Source: Octopus sinensis (taxonomy: Eukaryota). Taken from it: a stretch of DNA of 64,000 nucleotides. The stretch covers positions 33,604,001 to 33,668,000 of the forward strand of contig NC_042999.1 in assembly GCF_006345805.1 (NCBI RefSeq), in the 5' to 3' direction. Position 1 is the stretch's first letter; every line of letters begins with the position of its first letter. A program made the translations under genes and the position numbers. Positions 52,701 to 64,000 of this stretch are shown piece after piece. The notes under the pieces were generated by a model that was not told the DNA's origin, did not search any database, and saw only the letters and a list, made by a program, of their open reading frames with translations.

Positions 52701-54255
52701 TATGTGCCTCGGTAGATCTGAGAACTAATCTGCTCTAAACCCTTCTTTTCTTCTTTGAATAATAATAATAATAATAATAATTTTATAATTTAATCTTTTG
52801 CAGTGAGCTATGGCAGAATGTGACCAATAGGGTGTTTCTAACATTTTAGTTTATATCGTGTTGCATATAACCAACAGCTTAAAAATATTTCGTACTTTGT
52901 AACATGAAACTATACGGTTGGATCATTTGAGAAAAAGTCCTGTAATTCCGTTCCAACTGTACTAATAAGCGGCGCTTTTAATTCCTTGTCGGAAATAATG
53001 AACTTGAAATGACTGCTGTTCTTTCAGATGCCATCACAAGCAATTCTTCGAGGGTGAACACTTTCATAAGTAGTTATTTTAGTAAACACATGTTATGCCG
53101 TGTTATTAACGAGTTGTCGTGGTAGCCATTTTAACTGAAACTTGGCGATCAATATGGCATTAAATATATATATATATTAGCGATGATGTAAATGAAATTA
53201 AAATCTTTATGTTCTTCCTACTGACCATAAAATTCGCAAAATAGTAAATGCTCGAACAGATTAGTGTATTCTTTTTACTGAGAAAATAGTAAAATATACG
53301 AGCAACAAGGAAAATATTAATAAAACGGAATTGGAACTGCCACCATTAAATGGATAAGCAGCGAGTGCTTATGGGCAAAAAGAAATGCGCGAAGAACAAA
53401 GAACATGAAACACAACTATAGACGCTTTACACCTGGAAAGCTTATATTTTCTATCCAAGGAAAGAAAAGAGATACGGATCAGTTAATGAGGAAATTGTTT
53501 CTCTATACTTGTAAACTGTGACAGAGAATTTGATTTCTGACAATTAGATGAGTAGAAAATCAGCCCTATGTTCTGCAGCTGTCCAACAATATTTGCAACA
53601 TACTTCTCATTAGATATGACGTTATATCAAAAGTTATCTGCAATGCTTTCTATAGAAATTATTGCTCAGCTTCCTATTCTCAAAAAAAGTAATAACACCT
53701 TTTAAACTAAAGAATACCATGTGTCATTCATGTAGAGAGAATATCTATCCAAATAAGCCAGATGAGATTCTACTAAACAGGAATTAAAATTTGTACACTA
53801 CTCGAGATATCATCTGCTTGGCGGATGTAAATGTTCCTATCAAAGGGGACCATCTATGGAAAGCTAACGAGAAACTAACAACTGTAATATACCGATGATA
53901 TATTTATATTTTTATCATCACAGGTAGTAGATTATACAACAAAAGTTTCTTTTAAAAGACGAAAAATATATATATAATTATTGATATAATGAAAATGTTT
54001 CAACATTTCTAGTTATTTCCCATGACGACGATACTACGGGAATTGAACAAACGCACACGAATCATATATGCATAATACTCATGACATACTGAGAAAATTA
54101 CACAAGTAGACATATTCAGTATTAAAGAAAATACTTGCGACAAGCATAGTATGTAAATGCATGCTTATCAACACATGTGCCTAGTATATGAATACACTGA
54201 TAGACATATTGTCCAAACAAAAAAAGCGTCCATAAATTAAGAAATTGGAACTTAC

Positions 54256-54281
54256 CATTTTGTAAGTGATTGTCTTGAATT
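54256..54281 (-). other. Candidate 26-nt micro-exon
   Basis: Minus strand reads tttatgttttcctttttcctttgtAG|aattcaagacaatcacttacaaaatg|GTAAGT, with a strong acceptor and a perfect donor. Confidence 0.4.
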
Positions 54282-54519
54282 CTACAAAGGAAAAAGGAAA
54301 ACATAAATAACAAATGCGTTCATAGTTATATGCTAACATACATACAAGCATTCATACAGACACACACATGCATATATATACGCAGATACATATATATGCA
54401 GGCAACTATTTGTAGCTATTTACCGCTCATCATTGGGTGTTACTTGTGCATTTGTATATACAACCATTAAACTGGAAGTCAACTGAATATTGATAATATC
54501 TATGGAGCTCTAACTAATA

Positions 54520-54665
54520 TGTATGCATGTATGTCAGTATGTCAGTATGTATGTATGTATGTATATATGCATGTATGTATGTATGTATGTATGTATGTAT
54601 GTATGTATGTATGTATGTATGTATGTATGTATGTATGTATGTATGCATGAATACATGTATGCATG
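54520..54665. repeat. (GTAT)n microsatellite
   Basis: Directly visible. Confidence 0.95.
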
Positions 54666-55762
54666 CATGTGTAATTTTCAGAATTTCTCTAAGATCCTAG
54701 TTCGAAGATATATCTTCCACGAAAGTAAATCAATTAACGTTCATTTAGACTACTGTTTCCTTTCTCCCCTATCTCTTCACCTTTCTCTTTTGCTCTTCCT
54801 ACCTCCATCTATAAATGTGTATAAACATATCGTGTGTGTGTTTACAAATGCGTGTATTCGTGTACACGCATATAAGTATATACATATCCTTCCATCTTTA
54901 TTTTCCAAGGATTTTTCAAAATGTTGAGTATTTCTTCTTGCCTCTGTCACTCTCTATCTCTCTTTCTCTCCCTCTTTCTCCTCTCCCTTTTTATCTCCCA
55001 AACTACTGTTAATATAAATATCTGTGTGTACATATAGGTATATATTTATATGTCTTTCTAATTCTCTAGCAGGGAATTCCTCACATGTCTATATACCATA
55101 TAATTTTTTGTTTTCTTATTAGAAAACGTAACATGTGTAATGAAAAAATGCCAAAAATATCCCAAAATTTCCATTTTCCCATTTTGTTTCTTCAATAACT
55201 CTGCAAATAATATTTCCATAATCTTCAATTCAAATGTGTATTTTCATTTACGTTCAAGAGTAATAATGGAGCCATGTTCATTGTAACAATATAATAAACA
55301 GATGTGCTTGAAGAGGAAACAGCTGGTATTTACTAAAAAACAATATATAATATTTATATATGCTTGAGTGTGGATGGGCGTGCCTGTGTATATGCGTGAG
55401 TGAGTGATCTGTATGTATGTGTGTGTGTTTGTGTGTGTGCGTGTGTGAGTGTGTAACTATTCTATATACGTTATTTGACGCAGATATAATATGGAAAACT
55501 TACAGATTGCATAATTCATATAGATGTTTAGTGGTAAACTACACAAAAATTTATCAGTAGCACATGAAAAGATACTGGCAGTAGTGGTGGTATGGGTGAT
55601 TTCAAAGGCATGTAAAGAATGGTAATTTCAAATTCTTGAACTTCCATCTCTCTTACCTCATGTCTGTGTGTGCATGAGAATATATGCGTGTATTTATTTA
55701 TACGTATATATGTAATTACACACACACACACAAACATATATATATGTATGTATGATTATATA

Positions 55763-55853
<91 letters not shown>

Positions 55854-56293
55854 GTATATGTGTGTGTGTGTGTAAAAAGGAAAGAATAAATACATTGAAA
55901 AAGAAACACAAAGATTTACATTGCATATAGGTATGTAAGGAATTTCCTGTTAGATAAACAATAAACAGTCGAACGGATAACTATATACCTATGTACCTAT
56001 GTATACACATATTTACACACACCTTAGCTATAGGTATATATATGTATACATATTATATTAAATTAGAGATACAACCACTAGTAGGTAAATCATACAATGA
56101 AAAACTTAAGCCAATACATAAGATTAATTAATTTATATTATTTTAAAAAAAGATAATTAGTATAACACTACGATCGTTTCATGGCTGTCCAATTCGTAAA
56201 AATTCGAGCTACAGTCATTCTTCAGGTGATTGAAATATTTAACTTAGCGAGGTTAATCAAATATATATATTATATATATATATAATATATATA

Positions 56294-56342
<49 letters not shown>

Positions 56343-56555
56343 ATATATACACCTTCTGGCATGTATTTAATCATCAAATCGGACATTGTCTGGAGAACAT
56401 TTGAAAGGTGATTATTTAGCCTGGTTAATTGTGCCTATTATTTTAAGTCACTGCTTTTTTCCATTACTGCTTCCATACCTTTTACAAACACACACGCACA
56501 CACATGTACAAGTATATATGCATATACATGTATATATAAATATATATATATATAT

Positions 56556-56611
<56 letters not shown>

Positions 56612-56612
56612 A

Positions 56613-56648
<36 letters not shown>

Positions 56649-56661
56649 TAATATATATATA

Positions 56662-56750
<89 letters not shown>

Positions 56751-57342
56751 TTGATTAGTAGTGTTCTTGGTTTGGATGAACTAAAATTCAGACTTACACA
56801 GACACATACACATACACAGATATGCAAGCTCACAGACACGCACATATATAAGCATACCTATTTTATTGAACCCCATGTCTACAGGTGCTGAAAGAATCAA
56901 TGATAAAGAAGAGGTTAGTAATTCGCTAAAAGTCCAAGTGTAGTTACTCAATTCGATTGACTTTTAAAGTAATGTATTTTAACAAGTTTCGGCAAAGGTG
57001 GCAATACGTAAGCATTAGCTACAGGAACTCAGCTAATGCAACTGTAAACTTAAATTTCATGTAATCTTTGACACAAAGCAGATCAAGTAATCAGCTGTAT
57101 CTAGTTTAGCCTATGCACATACTTCTATAAAAAGCTATAAGTGCTCACATGTTTCATAATAATAATTGCTATTATCTAGGTGTCTTAAAGTTCAAGATTT
57201 TATTGAAAGTTACTGCTGAACAAAAGCACTAATTAACATTCATTCGTGAGGCTATTACTTTTTTTCATTTGTATTCTAAAGACATTTAAGCAATCGTTTC
57301 CTGGTCATATAATGTGTCTTTATGTAATAGACTACCCACTGC

Positions 57343-57630
57343 AAAAGCGCGCGGCTTAGTGGCTAGGGTAATCAGCTTAAATCTTAAGGTGGTGCGTTCA
57401 ATTGCCGGTATTGTATCCTTGAGAAAGACACTTTATTTCACGTCGTTCCAGTCCACTCAGCTGGTACAAATGAGTAGTAGCTGTAATTCAAAGGTTCAGG
57501 CTTGTTACACTCTGTGTCACGGCCAATCTTCATGAGAACTACATTAATGGTAGTTACGTCTGTGGAATGCTCAGTCACCTAATGGTAACTTCACGAGCAG
57601 ACTGGTAACCGATTAAAGCTCCATACCACC
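57343..57630 (+). mobile_element. Diverged SINE related to family C
   Basis: tRNA-like head gcgcgcggcttagtggctaggg; 3' part ttgttacactctgtgtcacg...gagaactac...gtctgtggaatgctcagtcac matches 39440-39828. Confidence 0.7.
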
Positions 57631-58029
57631 CAATTGCAGACATAAAAACGCCGATTATAACACTGAATTCATTCATACAATAAATGAACTCACATACACA
57701 TTCACACGCATATATACATACATTCTACACACACACACACACTCACATAAATATACATTTGTATTTCCATATAAATCTGTTAAGAATTCGATTCAGTTTT
57801 GTATCAATTCAAATACTTTTGGCGCGTAGGATAAGTGCATGAAATGAACTATTATAAAGTACAGACTTTCAAATTCAAGATAGCTTCTAGATATTAACCC
57901 TCTAGTATTATTAAGCTGAGGTAGCCTGGTATTAATGCTCAGAAAGTATCAAATATATTTTCTTTCTTTAGCAGTAAGTGCTCGCACTAAACGCTGGTAA
58001 GATTCGGGCACTAGGTTGTGGCCATGAAT

Positions 58030-58750
58030 TTCTAAATCGAAAGCATTGATTCAAGTACTTAAAATACCAATGCACTGTTCACAACAGAGTAAATGACTCC
58101 AATAGGTATGACATTGCTATCTTTGCTTAAAAATTTGTAGTAGATCTAATGTAGTAGCTATTGGAGTTATATACTTTGTTGTGAATGATGCATTGGTATA
58201 CGACGTTGAATCTTCTGTAATGGGCTTGCTGAAGGCAGTCTATCCCAGATCTGCAGTTGCAGCTATCAGTTCCGCGATATTATGCACATTTAAACTGGTT
58301 TAAATATAAGGAGTTTAGCAATTCCGCATCACTATCCAGCCACGTACACCACCTACTTAATAGAAAAAATATAATATAGGCTTTCCTGGGCTATAACAGA
58401 TTCATGCATCCCATATCAGTGCAAGCACTCTACTTGTGGACTTTGCTTAAACGAAGCCCTCAAAATGTTAACCCATAACTCACCACAATTACTTAACAAA
58501 CACAACGAAGCCTTCACAACGTGTAAACAAACTCTTCTGCATTTTATAATTCTTTCATAAATCGAAATGTAAATTCACCCCCACGAATAACACTCACATA
58601 CAAACCTCTATGATCGTTAACACATAGACGTTGCAGTTGAACATGTCACGCCTTACTACCTTTACAGTGCTTACTGAGCATTGAACAGCAGACATGACGT
58701 TGGCATCTTGATACCCTGCCTCAAAACATCATGATACATGTAACACATTT
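58030..58750 (+). mobile_element. Possible Gypsy-like RT/RNase H relic
   Basis: MTPIGM...LLKN (cf. TPFG...GLKN), FVVNDALV (cf. YVDD), AFLG and EAFTTCKQTL in the expected order. Confidence 0.4.
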
Positions 58751-59011
58751 TCAAAATTCAGATGGCTTCCAATCGTCTATGTCAGCATACGTTTCTCAGC
58801 TACAACCGCAAGGCTTATACTTTCCAGCATCGTTAACTGCTCACCATTACGTAAAATATCGGAAATACAATATCGATAAATTTCTTCCGAACACTCAGTA
58901 TATAGAATTTTTAATCTCTTTCTCTCTCTCTCTCCCTTTCTCTTATATAGTTATACATACATACATACATACATACACACACACACCACACATATATATA
59001 TAATATATATA

Positions 59012-59062
<51 letters not shown>

Positions 59063-59240
59063 AATATATATATATACATATACATATATGTATACACAAA
59101 TATATATACATATATATATATGTATACATAGATATATATATATACATACACACACACACTCACACACACACACACATATATATATAATATATATATATAT
59201 ATAATATATAATATATTATATATATATATATAGAGAGAGC

Positions 59241-59276
<36 letters not shown>

Positions 59277-59289
59277 ACGTATAATTTCA

Positions 59290-60122
59290 CAATGCTGAGT
59301 GGACTATAATAACTATTATAATCTCATTATCCATAGTCTGATATAATAATATTTCTAAATATAAAAATTCGTTTCAACAGATATCGCCAGGAATTGATCA
59401 AGACGACAGCTAGCAAAGAGACAAGCAAGTGACAGCAATCAATACACAATAGCTAACTGCTCCATCCGTGACACAGATTTATGCCAACGGGTAAATGTTC
59501 TGTATAGAACACAATGTACCAAATGCAACAAGTTCTATGTGGGTAACGAGTCAAAGAACTTCTGAACACGAGAGCCTCCTCCCTCAGAAAACATCTAGAC
59601 AGATGCCAGAACACCGACAAAAGCATAACAGTCACAACTGAGGCCAGTGAAAGAAATTTGGGCATTCTAAGAATTAAGGAAGCTATACTCATCAACAGAC
59701 TAGGGCCTCGATTTAACAAAAGGCTGGAGGTTGGCAATCAATATATCATTTAGCTATATCTGGATGCATGTAGGTTCATTTTTGATAACATGCTCATGTA
59801 TTATATATAAGAAAAAGAAACTGCACGTATAATACATAACTTAATAGCAGAGCTGCGGATGTGCCAACACACATAAGTGTGAGGCATGGCTGCCTTCACA
59901 AACTTCTCATGAGGAATTCTAGAAGGAATTTCGTGAGACTACTGCACAGACGCTTCCGAAAAAAAAAACATAAAAAATAATCGTTGGAAAACGGCTTATA
60001 GCAGTGACTTGATCAATTCCTAGCTATATCTGAAGAAGGAATTTTTTATATTCCGAAATATTATATCAGACTATTGTGGATAATTAAATTATAACAGTTA
60101 TTATAGTCCACTCTGCATTGTT
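59290..60122 (+). mobile_element. Penelope-like GIY-YIG fragment bracketed by ~120-bp inverted repeats
   Basis: NVLYRTQCTKCNKFYVG and SSLRKHL...LRIKEAILINRL at ~59440-59740; 59290-59412 is similar to the reverse complement of ~59998-60122. Confidence 0.75.
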
Positions 60123-60188
60123 GTGCCATTCAATACACGTTATATTTTACAAACAATACACAATGATTCAAGTGAACTACAGTACTCT

Positions 60189-60229
<41 letters not shown>

Positions 60230-60295
60230 GTAAGATCCAGGGATCCAAATGTAAGGAGTTTGTAAGATTCATGTATATATATATATATATACATA

Positions 60296-60435
60296 TACCG
60301 GAGTAAACACATAAATGTAAAACAAGGTGTATAAAAGAGTACTCAAATACCAGGGGTAGAGTAATATGCTTTATTTAAAAGCAGCAGAAATACAACACGT
60401 TTTGTTGAATTTCTGCTGCTTTTAAATAAAGTATA

Positions 60436-60436
<1 letters not shown>
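60296..60436. repeat. Short element ending in a 34-bp hairpin
   Basis: 60364-60397 versus 60403-60436 match 32/34; loop cgttt; flanked by (TA)n. Confidence 0.85.
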
Positions 60437-60485
<49 letters not shown>

Positions 60486-62129
60486 AATAACACACCACAC
60501 ACACACACCACACACACACATATATATATATATATATAATGGTGACTGACAATTGCAGGCATAAAAACGCCGATCATTAAAACGTTGAATTCATTCAAAC
60601 AATGAATGAAATCACATTCACACTCACACGCATGCATGTATATTCACCAATAGCTGAATGACTTCCATTTTACATGTGGCAGCCATGTTCTACAAAACAA
60701 TACTTAAAGGTATATATGTTTACAATTTTATATATTTAGTGAAAGTCCTCCTCTAATTTCCCTTCAACTTTATCAATCAAATAATTATCAAGTTATATTT
60801 CTCAGTTTGATACCATATCAGGGATACTGGAAATTAGAAATATTGGTACATTTTGACTAACACTAGTATCAGTAACAAGAGTTCAATAAAATATGCATAC
60901 TAAAACTCATTAAAAGTGAAATTTCTGCATTCAGATGTATGGTTTTCCATTATGCTAAATCGAAATCCCACCTGTGACTAAGTAAATTATATAAGCATTG
61001 ATTTAATACTACATACATTTTTATATCATGTTTGTGAAATTGCGCACTTTCAATAAATATTGCTGTAGCACTCTGTTCTATAACGGTAAGACTTTCTTCC
61101 AATATAGAATTTAATATACTTTATGTATTTATTCCGATGGAAAGAAAAAGAAACATATTCTGCGGCTATCCAAATTATCCTGATGGTAAGGAACCTCATT
61201 AAATGTTTATTTTCTGTAGCCACTGCTGTGTTGAGTGGCAAAACATTCAGATCTATTTTACTTGTCTGATATGTGTTTTAATATAATGTTATTTTGTTTA
61301 TCCGCTACTGAGAAGTAGCAAACATTTTGCACAGCCAGATACTTCATATATTATGGATACGTAGTGTTCGTAATTTAAAAATTAGGTTAACATTCCAATT
61401 CGCCAAGTAAGCAAATATAAACGGCAGATTGGCAGAGGTTTTGAAATGGGACGTTCCAATTCTTAATGATCTGGTTTCAAATCACGCTGGCATCAGTTGA
61501 ATGTTTTTTTTTTTATCAGTGTCGTAAACATTGGAGTAAACATTGGAGTCAAATCCCTTTGTCGCAGGAAAATATCGATCGAATTCAGCCCCGAATGAGC
61601 GAGATACACCGTATATCCCTTCAACTTTCCTGCGATTCAATCAAGAACTGAACATTCAATGAAATAAAGATGGACCATACTGATATGCCAAATGTATTAT
61701 TTATTACCTCTCTGTGTAGCCGATGTCACACGTCGCTACATCACAGTCTAATAACAAAATAGGTGTTTAGTTGGGAAACTATTTTTTGCTTTCACAGGAA
61801 TTCATTTTAATAAAAATTTTAAAAGTCATCTGAAATGATGCAATGATGCATTGATGATATATACGGTCGACCATGATGGTATCCATAGGTAAGGCTCCGG
61901 ATATTGGGAGCTGTTTTACCGTTGCGTCATGCATTCAGAGACCGGGTTAGCATGTTCGTCCATCGGAAGTTATCGGGTGCAATCGCCGATCACCGTTCAC
62001 CAATCACCGATGGTGGATAGACCTGAAAAGACGTTACTGTTTAGTAAAGGAATAGCATAAGAAGGTGACCTAGTTAGGAAGCTAAAAGAGGAAACGAATA
62101 CGTATATCACTACTGTCGTCTACTACCGC

Positions 62130-62490
62130 CTGACCATTGTACTTTACTCTGTCTCGTGCCTGATAAAGCTGCAGCGCTTGCACTTCCGCTTTCTGTTCTG
62201 TCCGTCACTTGACGGTGGGCACACGTGGTCGCTGTTAGTTAGACAGGATTTTCCGCATTTCGTCTCATTGACAGAGCTGCATTCTTGATCAAACTTGGTC
62301 CATGGTGCATCGGCAAGCACTTGCAGCCCTCCACCACTCGGCCAATGCGGTCGGTGAGAGCTCCACATTGGAGTTCGCTAGGGCATTAATGGCTGAAGAG
62401 AGCGACTACGTCCTCGGGAATCACAGGGCCTCCGGAAAAAACAATCATCTGGTCTTTTCAGGAAGACTTTCGGGTCATAACAGGGCTTAC
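62130..62490 (+). mobile_element. Possible Tx1/L1-like ORF2 fragment
   Basis: GC-rich; WSLLVRQDFPHFVSLTEL, RQALAAL...EFARAL and KTFGS resemble recalled L1/Tx1 post-RT segments. Confidence 0.4.
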
Positions 62491-62639
62491 TAGGATGGGG
62501 GTGGTGGTGTTGCTATAAAAGATAAGCTCTACAGGTATAGAAGGGCAGTTAGACGGATCTGATCCAGAAACCGTTCTGTATGCATTCGTCCGCCCATTCT
62601 GAAGTTTTGCTTATATCCGACAGGTTTCATTCAGGTTGG

Positions 62640-62985
62640 TCGTCTGAGGCTACAGTAGAAAACATTTGCCGAAGGTACCACACAGTGGGACTGAACACGG
62701 AAAACTGTCTCAAAGTAAACTTTTACGACACAGCAAAACCTACACCTATTAAATAATTGGTAAATTATTCGAATAATATTAATTTCAAATTTTGGCACGG
62801 TGCCAGCAATTTCGGTTAAGGTGTTTAATCGATTACATCGATCCAATTGCTGAACTGGTATTTATTTTATCAACCCGGAAAGGAAGAAAGGCAAAGAGGA
62901 TCGCGCCCAAATTTGAATCTAGAACAGGTGATATGACTTAACGCATTTCTCCGAAATGCTTACGATTCTGTCAGCTCTCCACCTT
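62640..62985 (-). mobile_element. SINE family B head fragment plus family A variant
   Basis: gaggctacagtagaaaac...cagtgggactgaac (62645-62700); family A core and head 62780-62985 with a different tail. Confidence 0.7.
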
Positions 62986-63502
62986 AATAATTTGAATAAT
63001 ATTAATAAAAGGAAAACGAAATAGAACCAGCGCGTCAGCTGTAATGGCAGTGTTCTCTCAAAAACAATTTCGGGTCTCGTAATTGAATATATTAATAGTT
63101 GGTATTCTCGGAACAAAATTAAGGCTTTTGAAGACGAACTGCTGGAAATACTTGTGCAATGCTTCCAGAATTAAAATTTCGTTCTACTAAAGAAATAAAC
63201 ACCAAGAAGCATATATACATGCGTACATACATGTATGCATGCATACATACATAAACACATATAAACATAAATATATGTATGTATATATATTATGTGAAAT
63301 AGAAAGATGAATAATCTTGTAGTAGATTAATCAAAAGTTTAACCGATACCTTAGTAGCAAAAATCACAGCAGTAAACAGCACGGTTGGAGGTACAACCAT
63401 CTGGCGTTGCAACCGTGCGTTGGTGCGGATAATTGAAATTAAAACATTATTGGTGAATTGAAGAAATGGAGCTGAACGCAGATTGAACAGAAATCGTTTT
63501 AT

Positions 63503-63590
63503 TTCATTCTACACGTGTTTCGAAAGGCACAAATTACCAAAATCCGATTGAATAATGGGACCATATTGTGTCTTTCTCTTCAGGAAGAAA
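63503..63590 (-). ncRNA. Type I minimal hammerhead ribozyme
   Basis: CUGAAGA (plus 63577-63583), stem II GAAAGACACAA/UUGUGCCUUUC, GAAAC, palindromic CACGUG, GUA triplet (predicted cut 63510/63509); stem I has one mismatch. Confidence 0.8.
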
Positions 63591-64000
63591 AAAGGAAATC
63601 CGTTGGAAAAACAAAAACAGAACAGAGGCGGAGCAAAAAACAAATCGAACTGTGCTCCTAAGAGCCCATGGCGAAAGTGTTTATCAGTGTATGTTGAGAA
63701 CCGGTGGCTGAAGAATTCAACGGGTCAGGCATCGGTAAATCATGTGGGTGAGGGTGTATAGATGTTCTTTGTGACCGAGAATAAAGTTCTGACTATTTAA
63801 GGAATATTGGATGTTTTATAAGGGGCGAGAAAAAATCTACTTAGAGACGTGTGTGTGTGTATACTGTTCTATATATGTGTGTGTTGGCGTAGGGGTAGAA
63901 AACATTTTTTGTGTACGTGTGTGCGTTTGATCGTTCGGCTGTCAGTGGCTACTGCCGTGATAACCGTTGGGTGGCAGAAAGAAAAAAATTAAAAAAATAT

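Overview
Eukaryotic, AT-rich, microsatellite-saturated window with no long protein-coding ORF. Nearly all ORFs in the supplied track are translations of (TA)n, (CA)n, (GATA)n or (AAT)n tracts. The SINE families and repeat density resemble an octopod cephalopod genome (inference from recalled families, no search run). Recognisable content is decayed mobile DNA: about seven Penelope-like element (PLE) fragments, three tRNA-derived SINE families, three mariner relics, a near-full-length maT/DD37D element, CR1, Tx1/L1-like, R4/Dong-like and Gypsy-like fragments, a mariner MITE, a foldback element and a ~5 kb nested tandem duplication. The most interesting signals are RNA-level. Two near-canonical minimal hammerhead ribozymes lie on the minus strand (13800-13893, 63503-63590). 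Two unrelated palindromes each hold head-to-head hammerhead cores of opposite polarity (9095-9216, 20382-20473). Headless SINE concatemers share a recurrent junction. There is also a possible decayed TPR-repeat gene and a candidate 26-nt micro-exon. All family assignments come from manual translation and motif recall, and minor coordinate errors are possible.
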